A stretch of 64,000 nt of DNA, taken from contig OZ219865.1 of assembly GCA_964291675.2 (NCBI GenBank), positions 864,001-928,000 on the forward strand, written 5' to 3'. Of this stretch, positions 48,666-58,423 are shown in pieces; the stretch's first letter is position 1, and every line of letters starts with the position of its first letter. This stretch comes from Alphaproteobacteria bacterium (GTDB lineage: Bacteria > Pseudomonadota > Alphaproteobacteria > MPNO01). The notes beneath the pieces were generated by a model, which was not told the DNA's origin, made no database searches, and was given only the letters and a program-made list of their open reading frames with translations. The translations under genes were made by a program, and so were the position numbers.

Positions 48666-51600
48666 GTGAGCGTATTCCGGTCAGGTCTCCGCGAAGGCGG
48701 CGGCCGGCCGCGGGCATCCGCGGTCGCGGCGGCACTCAGGCCGTCTGGTTTCGGCCCCGTGCCCCCCGGCGCCGGCTTCGCGCGCACGCTACTCGCCGCC
48801 CTGGCCCTGCTGTTCGCGGCCCCCACCGCCGCAGAGGCGCAGACAGAAATCACCCTGGTTTCGAACACCGGGGAGACGGTCAACAACTCCCGCCTCGTAG
48901 GCCGCCACAGCTCGGGGGACAAGTATTCCCTGGCACAAAGGTTCACGACAGGAGGGCACACCTCGGGCTACGTGCTGACGAGCGTGGTGGCCAGACTCGG
49001 AACGGTAAGCTCGTCCGGCAATCCGCGCGTGAGCATCTATTCGTCCACGTCGGGCGGGCCCGGCACAAGCCTCTACGTGCTGACCAATCCGGGAACCATC
49101 AATAGGGGCTTGAGAACCTTCACTGCACCTGCGAATGCACAGCTCGACCCGGGCACCAACTACTTCGTCGTGTTCGAGCAAGCGGGGTCGGGGACATCGA
49201 TCAGCCACCGTTACCTCATGCGAGACACGAATTCGAACGGCGAGACGGCGGAGAGCGGCTGGAGCATCCGCGATACGCTTGTTTTTCGGAGTACGGACAA
49301 CGGCAGCTGGAGTACGGATACCGAGTCGCTCCATATCGCCGTCAAGGGCTTCCCCCGCCCGCCCAACAACGCGGCCACCGGCAAGCCCGGGATCGACGGC
49401 ACGCCGCAGGTGGGCCAGACCCTGACCGCGACCGCGGGCAACATGGCCGACGACGACAGCCTGCCGGCGACCACCTTCCCCGCGGGCTATTCCTTCCAGT
49501 GGGTGCAGGTGGACGGGACGACCGAAACCGGGATCGGCGGGGCGACGTCGCAGACCTACGACCCCGTGCCGGGCGACGTCGGCAAGACACTCAAGGTCAA
49601 GGTCACCTTTACCGACGGCGGCGGCTACGAGGAGACCCTCACAAGCGACGAGACCGATGCCGTGGCCGCCGCCCCGCCACCCCCTGTCATCCCGACGCTG
49701 GAATCCGCCGAAGCCTTGTTCGTCAATGGTGCCCTGCGATACCGGTTCGACCTCAGGCTGTCCGAAGGCGTGAGCATCCCGTTCCGGGAGATGCGCGATC
49801 ATGCCTTCAGCGTGACCAACGGGCGCATGGTCGAGGCCATCCGCGTTCACAAGGAGCGGAGAACCGAGAACGGCCGGCGGCGGACCTACAGCAATCACTG
49901 GCGCCTGTGGGTAGCGCCGGTCGACGAGACGAAGCCCGTTACCGTCACCCTGCGCGGAAACCGGCCTTGCAGCGAGAGGGGCGCTCTATGCGCCGGGAGC
50001 GGAGCCCGGCTCGACGGCTCGCCTGCGCTGACCCTGAGCACCGATGCGAACCCGCCCGACCTCGGCAGCCTGCCGAGCCTGTTGATCGCCGACACCAGCG
50101 GCACCGAGGATTCCGCCAACCTCGTCTTCGACGTCAGCCTGTCGAAGGCCGTGAGCGCGACCATCGCGGTCGACTTCCGCACCGTCTCGGGCGGCACCGC
50201 CACCGCGAACGCCGACTACCAGGAGGCGAGCTACCGGATCCTCTTTTCGGCAGGGGCAACAGTGCAACCGGGTTCAGTTGCACTGATTGAGGATACCGCC
50301 GCCGACGCCGGCGAGACGGTGAACGTCGAGATCACCAATGCGCGGGTGATCACGCCCCGGGGGACCGAGTTCGGACCACTGTCGATCACCAGGGGGCAGG
50401 CGACGGGGACGATCGACGCGCCCGCGAGCAGCACGACCCCGTTGTCGAACGTGAACATGCGGATCGAGAACACGGAGGGGAGTGAGGGAGGCCGCTGGCT
50501 GCGCTTCACCGTCAAGCTCTCACGGGCGCTGGACGAGCATGTCTGCTACGACTTCGAGACCCTCGACACCGGCACTGCGGCCGAGGGGGTCGACTTCGCG
50601 CAGCGTCCGAAGTCGACGCTGTGGCAGCCGCCCCGGGTCACCGAGTGGACTGAATTCGTCCACGTCTTCAACGACCCGATCGACGACGGCGGGGAGACGG
50701 TGAAGGTCAAGATCAGTGACGCGGAACTGTGCGACGACGCGTCGAAGACCATCACCGTCAGCCGGGGGGAGGCGATCGGCACCATCGTCAACTCGGACCC
50801 GATACCGGCTGCGTGGCTCGCACGCTTTGGGCGCACGGTTGCGGACCAGGTGATCGATGCGGTGGAGGGCCGGATGGGGGCGGCACGGGCTCCCGGCACG
50901 GAGGTGAACCTCGCCGGCCAACGGGTCGGCGCGTCCGGGGCGCCGGAGGACTTCGAGGCGCGCGTGGCGGAGGGCGGCCTTGACACCCTGGCGGACTGGC
51001 TGCGCGGCGCGGATGAGGAGACCGGGACCGCTGCATTGACGTCCCGCACGGCGAGCGGGCGCGAGCTGTTGAGCGGGTCCTCGTTCGCGCTGGCCGCGGG
51101 CTCGGCGGAGAGCGGGTTCGGCGCGCTGTGGGGCCGCGGTGCGCTGTCGCGCTTCGACGGGCGCGAGGGGGATCTCACGCTCGACGGCGAAGTTGCGAGC
51201 GCCCTGCTGGGCGCGGACTTCACGCGAGGCCGGGGCACCGCCGGCCTGGTGGTGGCGCACTCGCTCGGCGAGGGCGGCTACCGGAGCCCGAACGGCGGCG
51301 GCGAGGTGGAAACGACGCTGACGGGTCTTTACCCCTGGGGGCGCTACGCGGCGAGCGAGCGGCTGTCGCTGTGGGGGGTTGCGGGCTACGGCGCGGGGAC
51401 GCTGACGCTGACGCCGGAGGGCCAGGCGCCGATCGAGACCGACATGGACCTCATGATGGCGGCGCTGGGCGGGCGCGGGGTTGTTGCCGAGGCGCCGGCC
51501 GAGGGCGGTCTGGAGCTTAGCGTCACGTCGGATGCGCTGGTCGTGCGCACGACGTCGGAGGAGGTGCGCGGGAGCGGCGGCAGCCTTGGGGCGCCGGAGG

Positions 51601-52349
51601 CGGACGTGACGCGTCTGCATCTGGGCCTCGAGGGGACGTGGCGCGGCCTCGGGACGCTGGTGCCGACGCTGGAGGTGGGCGCGCGCCATGACGGGGGCGA
51701 CGCGGAGACCGGGTTCGGTGCGGATATTGGGGCAAGGCTCCTTTGGGCCGATCCCTCGCTCGGGATGCGGGCGGAGCTTGCCGCGCGGAGTCTGCTGACG
51801 CACGAGGACGGGAGCCTGAGCGAGCGGGGCTTTGCGGGCTCGCTGGCCTGGGACCCCTCGTCCGACACTGACCGGGGCCCGAAGCTGACGCTGCGCCAAG
51901 CGGTCGGGGCGGAGGCGACCGGCGGCATGGACGCGCTGCTGCGGCGGGACACGGCGCGCACGCTCGCCGCGGCGAACGACGACGGGCCGGATCGGCGCCG
52001 TCTGGAGGCGCGTCTGGGCTACGGCATCGCCCTGTTCGGCGGGGGCTGGACGGGGTTGCCGGAGGTCGGGTTCGGTCTCACGGAGGCGAGCCGCGAGTAT
52101 ATCCACGCCTGGCGTCTGCTGGAGGCGCGCGACGCGGGGCTGGTGTTCGGGCTCGACGTGGAAGGGGTGCGGAACGAGAAGCTGGACGGGGATGCGGCGC
52201 CCGAGCACCGGGTGGGGCTCGGTCTCGGCTGGGAGCTGGTTGGCGCGCGGCGCGAGGACCTCGAGCTGCGCCTCGAGGCCTCGCGGCTGCTGCCGGCCAA
52301 CGACAACCCCGAGAACCGCATCGGGGTCAGGCTCACCGCGCGATGGTGA
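48666..52349 (+). CDS. Large autotransporter-like surface protein (signal peptide, Ig-like and two Calx-beta-like domains, C-terminal beta-barrel)
   Basis: Signal ...LLFAAPTAAEA; TGKPGIDGTPQVGQTLTA module; VDFRT..GTATANADY Calx-beta-like; NSDPIPAAWLARFGR linker; barrel ending LTARW; start at GTG after AAGGAAGG is approximate. Confidence 0.78.
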   Translation: MSVFRSGLREGGGRPRASAVAAALRPSGFGPVPPGAGFARTLLAALALLFAAPTAAEAQTEITLVSNTGETVNNSRLVGRHSSGDKYSLAQRFTTGGHTSGYVLTSVVARLGTVSSSGNPRVSIYSSTSGGPGTSLYVLTNPGTINRGLRTFTAPANAQLDPGTNYFVVFEQAGSGTSISHRYLMRDTNSNGETAESGWSIRDTLVFRSTDNGSWSTDTESLHIAVKGFPRPPNNAATGKPGIDGTPQVGQTLTATAGNMADDDSLPATTFPAGYSFQWVQVDGTTETGIGGATSQTYDPVPGDVGKTLKVKVTFTDGGGYEETLTSDETDAVAAAPPPPVIPTLESAEALFVNGALRYRFDLRLSEGVSIPFREMRDHAFSVTNGRMVEAIRVHKERRTENGRRRTYSNHWRLWVAPVDETKPVTVTLRGNRPCSERGALCAGSGARLDGSPALTLSTDANPPDLGSLPSLLIADTSGTEDSANLVFDVSLSKAVSATIAVDFRTVSGGTATANADYQEASYRILFSAGATVQPGSVALIEDTAADAGETVNVEITNARVITPRGTEFGPLSITRGQATGTIDAPASSTTPLSNVNMRIENTEGSEGGRWLRFTVKLSRALDEHVCYDFETLDTGTAAEGVDFAQRPKSTLWQPPRVTEWTEFVHVFNDPIDDGGETVKVKISDAELCDDASKTITVSRGEAIGTIVNSDPIPAAWLARFGRTVADQVIDAVEGRMGAARAPGTEVNLAGQRVGASGAPEDFEARVAEGGLDTLADWLRGADEETGTAALTSRTASGRELLSGSSFALAAGSAESGFGALWGRGALSRFDGREGDLTLDGEVASALLGADFTRGRGTAGLVVAHSLGEGGYRSPNGGGEVETTLTGLYPWGRYAASERLSLWGVAGYGAGTLTLTPEGQAPIETDMDLMMAALGGRGVVAEAPAEGGLELSVTSDALVVRTTSEEVRGSGGSLGAPEADVTRLHLGLEGTWRGLGTLVPTLEVGARHDGGDAETGFGADIGARLLWADPSLGMRAELAARSLLTHEDGSLSERGFAGSLAWDPSSDTDRGPKLTLRQAVGAEATGGMDALLRRDTARTLAAANDDGPDRRRLEARLGYGIALFGGGWTGLPEVGFGLTEASREYIHAWRLLEARDAGLVFGLDVEGVRNEKLDGDAAPEHRVGLGLGWELVGARREDLELRLEASRLLPANDNPENRIGVRLTARW

Positions 52350-52419
52350 ATGTCAGGCAGGACCCGGCGATGGACAGCCGGTGGTAGTCCGGCGGGAGGA
52401 AAGGCGTAAGGAACTGCCT

Positions 52420-52486
52420 TCGCCGCGAGCCTTCGAGCCGGCGATCGTTTCGAAGGGCGAGCGCCGCCTCGACGGCTTCGACGAGG
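52420..52486 (+). pseudogene. IS256-family transposase fragment
   Basis: FEPAIVSKGERRLDGFDE resembles the IS256 FEPxIVPKxxRRLxGFD segment. Confidence 0.5.
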
Positions 52487-54401
52487 GTCGCGGTAGGGAC
52501 GCCGGTTTCCCGGCGCCCCCCGCACAGATCCGGACGTGGCCGTTAAGCCATCCGGCTCCTACCTCGGGTATTTGACGTCGAACCGCTGCCCCGGCCACGG
52601 GTGTCGGATCCATGGCTTGGGCCAGTATCGGTCAACCAGGGCTTGCAGCCGTTGCCAGCTGAAGCGATCCCGTTGCGACCGTCGGCGCAGCGCCTTCAGC
52701 CATATCCGTTTCAGGATGTAGGTGAAGCTTCGCAGGAAGCGGGCACTCGTCGGGACGGCGTAGTAGTTCAGCCATCCGTTGACTACCCGCCCCAGCCACC
52801 GGGCGACCTCGTGGAGGTCGTGGTGCCTGCGCCGCCGCAGAACCTCCGCGATGCGCTTCAGGGTGCGGCTCATCCGCTTTGCAACGGGCTTGCGTCCGAG
52901 CCCGAACTGCCCGCTCCTGGTCGTCCTGCAATAGTGCGTGAAGCCCAGGAAGTCGAACGTCTCCGGGCGGCCCAGCCCCCGTGCCCGGCGGTCCACTTCC
53001 GCGAACCTGCCGAACTCGATGAGCCGGGTCTTGGCCGGATGCAGGGCCAGATCGAACTGGCCGAGCCGTTCCCCAAGCGCATGCAGGAAGCGTTCCGCGT
53101 CCCTCTTGCGCTGGAAGCCGACGACCACATCATCGGCGTAGCGTACGATGATGGCATCGCCATCTGCCCTTTCGGGCCGCCACTTGCGATGGAACCAGAG
53201 GTCGAGGACATAGTGCAGATACACGTTCGCCAGCGTGGCTGAGACGATCGCCCCTTGCGGCGTGCCCTGCTGCGTGTCCTCCCACCGGCCATCGACCATG
53301 ACGCCGGCTTTCAGCCACTTGGCGATCAGCCGGATCACCCGCCGATCCCCGATCCGGTGCTCAAGGAACCGGACGAGCCAGTCCCGCGAAACAGAATCGA
53401 AAAACCTTTGGATGTCGCAGTCGACCACCCAGTTGACCTTCCGCCGATTGATGGCGACAGCAAGCGCGTCGAGTGCGTCATGCGCCCCGCGCCCCGGTCG
53501 GAACCCGTAGCTGAAGCCGAGGAAGACCGGCTCGTAGATCGGCGTCAGGATGATCTCCGTCACCGCCTTCTGGACGATCTTGTCCTCCAGCGCGGCGACG
53601 CCGAGCGGTCGTGTCCCGCCATCCGGCTTGGGTATCTCTACCCGCCGGACCGGCGGCGCCCGATACGCCCCGGACTGTACGCGCCGGTGCAGGTCGAGCA
53701 GCCGCTCTTCCAGCCCGTTCGCGTACTCGGCCCATGTCATGCCGTCCACCCCCGCCGCGGCGTCCCGCTTCAGCGCGTGGAAGGCCCAGCGCAGCGCGTC
53801 CGGCGTGACATGATGCAGGAGCGCCGTCAGTTTCTCCTGCGGTTTCCTCGTTGCAGCTTGACGTATCCGCTCGGCGGCCTGGGTCACGCTTTCCCGGCTC
53901 TGCGTCCGGCGCGTGCTTTCGCTTCGCGGATTCCCCTTGGTCGAGGCCCTTTCCTCCACGGACTCCGCAGAGGCTCGCGCCCCGTTGTTCGCCCGCTTCG
54001 ACGGTACTATGGCCCCGTCCGACTTCTTCACTCCGTTCATCTCAGGCTTCGGATACCTCCTTCCCTTCGCGGCCCCGATACGACCATCGGGGCAGTGTGA
54101 AGACCTCCCAGGTCCCGGTGGTGGGCTTACATGCGTGCATGGGGTCCCCGACGCCGCGAAGCTCCCCCACACCTCGCCATATTGCGGTGTGGACGATGTT
54201 GCCTTCGACGAGCTTAAACGTCTCGGCACTTCGGACCATCTCGTTTTCGGCGCTCAATATCCCTGCCCGCATGCACCGCTACCGACGCTTCACCCCCGGC
54301 CTCACGGCCGACGATGCACGGCTCGCGGAGAAACGTGGTTGGCTACTCCTTTCGTTTCGCGGGACTTTCACCCGCTACCCTTCCACCAGTTAGCCTGGCA
54401 C
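52487..54401 (-). mobile_element. Group II intron
   Basis: 5' GTGCCAGG at 54401; domain V/VI GAGCCGGATGGCTTAACGGCCACGTCCGGATCTGTGCGGGGGGCGCC...CCCTACCGCGAC ending at 52487. Confidence 0.9.
52559..53887 (-). CDS. ltrA: Group II intron reverse transcriptase/maturase, no endonuclease domain
   Basis: AAGVDG, IPKPDGGTRPLG, SYGFRPGR, GTPQG, RYADD, FDFLGF, GWLNYY; start approximate. Confidence 0.93.
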   Translation of the reverse strand: MTQAAERIRQAATRKPQEKLTALLHHVTPDALRWAFHALKRDAAAGVDGMTWAEYANGLEERLLDLHRRVQSGAYRAPPVRRVEIPKPDGGTRPLGVAALEDKIVQKAVTEIILTPIYEPVFLGFSYGFRPGRGAHDALDALAVAINRRKVNWVVDCDIQRFFDSVSRDWLVRFLEHRIGDRRVIRLIAKWLKAGVMVDGRWEDTQQGTPQGAIVSATLANVYLHYVLDLWFHRKWRPERADGDAIIVRYADDVVVGFQRKRDAERFLHALGERLGQFDLALHPAKTRLIEFGRFAEVDRRARGLGRPETFDFLGFTHYCRTTRSGQFGLGRKPVAKRMSRTLKRIAEVLRRRRHHDLHEVARWLGRVVNGWLNYYAVPTSARFLRSFTYILKRIWLKALRRRSQRDRFSWQRLQALVDRYWPKPWIRHPWPGQRFDVKYPR

Positions 54402-54402
54402 T

Positions 54403-54525
54403 CTAAGCCTCCGGCATAGGCCGCCCGTCGTCTTTGTCCTGGATCGGTGAGGGTTCTCGCTCTGGGATGGGCGCGCTGTAGGTGTCCATCAAGGATAAGT
54501 GGGCACTATGCTGTTGGTGGCACCC
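54403..54525 (+). mobile_element. Degenerate IS66 left-end remnant
   Basis: CTAAGCCTCCGGCATAGGCCGCCC resembles GTAAGCGTTCGGGGTAGCCGCCC at 31924; GTGTCCAT...GGGCACTAT resembles 32002-32029. Confidence 0.55.
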
Positions 54526-54532
54526 GTAAGTC

Positions 54533-55830
54533 GTAAGCGGTGCGGGAAGGGCACCCGGTTTTCAGCTTGACGGCGGGATGAAGTTCCAGGGGAGAAGTTC
54601 GTCGATGCGGCTGTTGGGGTGGCCGGAGGCGATTTTCCCCAGCGTGTCCTTGAGCCAGGCATAGGGCTCGACGCCGTTCATCTTGCAGGTCTCGATCAGG
54701 CTGGCGATGCGGCCCCATGCGCGCGCGCCCTCGTCGTGGCCGGCGAACAGCGCATTTTTCGCGGTGAGCTTGATCGGGCGGATTCGATTTTCGACGAAGT
54801 TGCTGCCCATCTCGACGCGCCCGTCGTGCAGGAAGACCAGCAACCCGTCCCACTGGTTGGCGATATAGGCGAGCTTCTCGCCGAGCCGGGACTTGGGCGA
54901 GACGAGCGAGCGCTGCACGGCGAACCACAGGCCGAAGGCGTTCACCAGCGGCGCGGTCTCGGTCCAGCGGACGAACTGGCGCGTCGCCGGCGGCTCGCCC
55001 CGGATCTTCTTCTCGATGGCATAGAGCTGCGCGATGCGGTCCAGTCCGGCCTTCGCGATCGGCGAGCCGTTGCTGTCGAACACCGTCTCCAGGCCCCGCC
55101 TGGCATGGACCCAGCATGCCGCCAGCGTCAGCGCTCCCCCCGGCCGCTCCGGCCGGCCGAGCCGGTTGTGGCCGGCATAGCCGTCGACCTGCACCGTTCC
55201 CCTGAAGCCCTGGAGAAGCCTCTCGCCATGCTTGCCGCTGCGCCCGGGCGCATATTCATACTCCACGCCCGGCGGGTCCGCCCCGGACCAGGCCCGCTCG
55301 TCGCGCGCCATCGTCCACAGGTAGCCGGTTTTGGTCTTGCCCCGGCCCGGGTCGAGAACCCGGACCGTGGTCTCGTCCAGATCCAGATTGTTCGACGTCT
55401 TCAGCGCCGCCTTCAGGCGGTCATACACGGGGCCGAGGTGGAACGCCGCCTTGCCGACCCAGCCGGCCAGCGTCGAGCGGTCCAGCTCCAGACCCGAGCG
55501 CGCATATATCCGGCTCTGGCGATAGAGCGGGGTATGGTCAGCGTATTTCGAGACCGGGACATGGGCGATGGCGCCCTCGGTCGGCAGCGCACCCTCGATC
55601 AGCCGGACCGGCGCCGGCGCCTGGGTGACGCCCTCTTCGCAGGTCCGGCAGGCGTATTTCGGGCGCACCGTGACGATCACCCGCAGCTGCGCCGGCACGA
55701 TGTCCAGACGCTCGCTGCGATCCTCGCCGATCCGCACCATCTCCCCGCAGCCGCAGGGGCAGAGCGTGCTCTCCGGCTCGATCACCTGCTCGATTCGGGG
55801 CAGGTGTTCCGGCAAATGGCCGAGATTGCG
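54533..55830 (-). pseudogene. tnpC: IS66 right end plus 5'-truncated tnpC
   Basis: GTAAGCG at 54533; LPEHLPRIE, CPCGC, DHTPLYRQ, LDETT, VDGYAG, CWVHARR, IDELLPWNF; N-terminal coiled coil and tnpA/B missing. Confidence 0.88.
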
Positions 55831-56100
55831 CGCCGGGCTCCTACACCACGTCTGGGGACACGACCGGCACATGGCGTCGAAACGTCATTCTGGTGCGTTG
55901 GGGGCAATGTTCACGCCGTCCTGGGTAGCAACTCGGTGAAGCGGTATCCGACCGACAGGAAATTGTCCCAAACCCATTGACCCACAACCATCCGGACGGG
56001 CGTGTCGAGACCGGTCCGACGGTGGCACCGGGGCGCCGCGTCGGAACCACCGCTCCCGGAGGAGCTAGCCCGCATTTTGGATTTCGACAACTTTGCTAAG

Positions 56101-56253
56101 TTCCATAGTGCGTTGTAATAATGCGGTAAATCACCTCCATTTCAGAGCCCTGGAACGCGTACTGCAGGACCGGTCATCAAACCGAATTCGATGTTTTTCA
56201 GTGTGCGGATGATCGCGGGCTCCAAGTGGCGGCGGATGACCATTCTTGCACAT
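56101..56253. repeat. Dispersed 153-bp blocky conserved element, copy B
   Basis: TTCCATAGTGC, GTCATCAAACCGAAT and GTGGC.GCGGAT.ACCATT at the same offsets as 42517-42669. Confidence 0.7.
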
Positions 56254-58423
56254 GCCGGGATTGTGTCCCCAGACGCGGTGGGCGATTTGCGGCATCCCCT
56301 GGGAGAGCGTCGGCGGCGCGATGGCGAGCCAAGCGCCGGCGGCCAGCGCCGCCCCCAGCGCCCGCCGGCCGCGCGTTTTTGCCCCTGGCCAAGCGACACG
56401 GCCCCCGGCTGGTTGAACGGACTCTCGATGCGACTTCAGGTGGCGTCCCTGTGATGCGCGGCGGATTGGCGCAGCGCCGCGGCGGGCCCGGCCGCTCAGA
56501 ACCGCACGTTCAGCCGTATGCCGAAGCTGTGCTCGGGCGGCTCGTCGTCGTTGGCGGGCTCTCGCCGCCTGCCCTCGATGCCGAGCTCGAAGGCGCCGCC
56601 GCTTCCGGTCGGGCCGCCGGTGAGCCGCCAGCCGAGGCTGTAGTCGCGGCCCGAGTCGGAGAACCCGGCGCCGGCCTCCGGCGTCAGGGTGAAGCGGTCG
56701 TCGAACACGGTGAGCCCGTAGCCGAGCTTGACCTCGAAGCGGCGGCTCCTGAGCTCGTCGCCCGGGTCGGCGGCGAGGCCGTCGAGCGTCGCCCGCGCGA
56801 GCAGCGCATCGGCGCCGCCGGCGGACGCGCCGCCGATGGTCTGGGTGAGCGACAGCGTCGCGCCGCGGTCCGAGCCCGGGCGCTGGTGCCAGGAGAGCGC
56901 GCCCGAGAAGCCGCGCTCGCGGAAGCCGCGCGATTCGTGGCTCAGCAGCCCGCGCCCCCGGATCTCGGCCTGCAGTCCGGCCTCCGGGGCGGACAGCGCG
57001 AGCCCGCCGCCGAGGTCGAGCCCGAACCCGGTCTCGGCGTCGCCGCCGTCGTGGCGCAGGCCGGTCTCCAGCGAGGGGGTGAACACCGCGCCGCCGCCGA
57101 GCATGAACGGCCGGCTCGCCTCGACCCCGAGGCGCAGCCGGGTGGTCGTCGCCCGGGCCGGTTCGAGGTTGCCGCCGTTCGCGCCCCGCCCGCGCCCGGA
57201 GGCGGTCTCGACCGCCAGCGCGTCGGTCTTGCCCGTCAGGGTGAGGTCCTCGCCCTCCAGCAGCGTGCCGCGCAGCCCGCCCGCCGCGATCTTCAGGTCA
57301 AGATCGGCGCGGATCGGCGCGCCTGCCCCGGACCCCGATTCGGGGCCTGCCTCGTCCGTGCTCGGGCGGCCCGGCGTGACCGTGAGCTTGCCCTGGCCGT
57401 AGCCGGCTGCGCCCCAGGCCTCCAGCCGCTCGGTGAGCGCGTGGCGCGCCCAGGGGAACGCGCCGGTCAGCTCGGCCTCCACCGTGCCGCCGGAGGCCGG
57501 CGCGTCGCCGTCCGATCCGGCATCCGCGGGCGCGCCGGACCAGCCACCCTCGGCGGTGCTGCGCGCGAGGATCAGCCCGGCGGTCCAGCGCCGGCGCATC
57601 CATTCCGCGCCCAGCATGCCGGTCACCAGCTCGCCGTCCAGCGTCAGCTCGCCCTCGCGCCCGTCGAAGCGCGACGACGCCGCCCGGCCCCACAGCGTGA
57701 CCAGGCCGCTTCCCGACGTGCCGCCGGTCAGCGCGAAGGACGAGCCGGTCAGCAGCTCGCGCAGCGCCACCGCGCGGCCCGATCCGGGGCCTGCCCCGGA
57801 CGCCGCTAGCGGATCGTCCGGATCGCCCGTCCCGGACCCCGATCCGGGGTCCTCGCCCTTGAACCAGGCGGCGAGGGCGGCGGCCTTCTGCCGTGCCTCT
57901 TCCTCGCGCATTGCCGCGTCGTTCAGTGCCTGGCCGCCGATCCGCTCGCCGGCGAGCGCCACCTCGGCGCCGGGGGCGGGGGTGGCGCGCAGCCGGCCCT
58001 GGATCGCCTCCAGCACCTGGTCGGCCACCGCGCGTCCGAAGCGCGCGAGCCACGCCCTGGGGATCGGGTCGCTGTTGAAGATCGTGCCAACGCCCTCGGC
58101 GTCGGAGATCGCCGCGCCGGCGGCGTTGGACAGCGCCAGCGCCATGGTCTCGCTGCCCTCGTCGTGGTCGTCGGGCAGCACGCGGACCAGGATCTCCTTG
58201 TAGCGCTCGCCGGGCTGGAAGGTGAGCGTGCCGGACGCCGCGACATAGTCGTCCCCGGCCACCGCCGTGATGTCGCGCGTCGCGTAGTCCACCGTCACGG
58301 CGCTCCCGGCGGCCTCGCTCAGCACCACGTTGTCCGACAGAGTGGAGCCGGGGATGTCATTCGGCGACGACAGTGCAGAGTATCCGTAAGCTCCGGGGCT
58401 GCCGCTAATTTGAATCGACGCAG

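Noticed and set aside
52559-54229. Reverse transcriptase near large surface proteins as a DGR or retron
   Set aside because: It has a maturase domain, GTPQG/YADD and flanking group II intron domains V-VI; no template/variable repeat pair with adenine-only mismatches or avd gene was seen.
56061-56100. Possible Tn3-like terminal inverted repeat ending in GCTAAG
   Set aside because: Lacks the GGGG start, and no partner end or Tn3 transposase was found; too weak to call.
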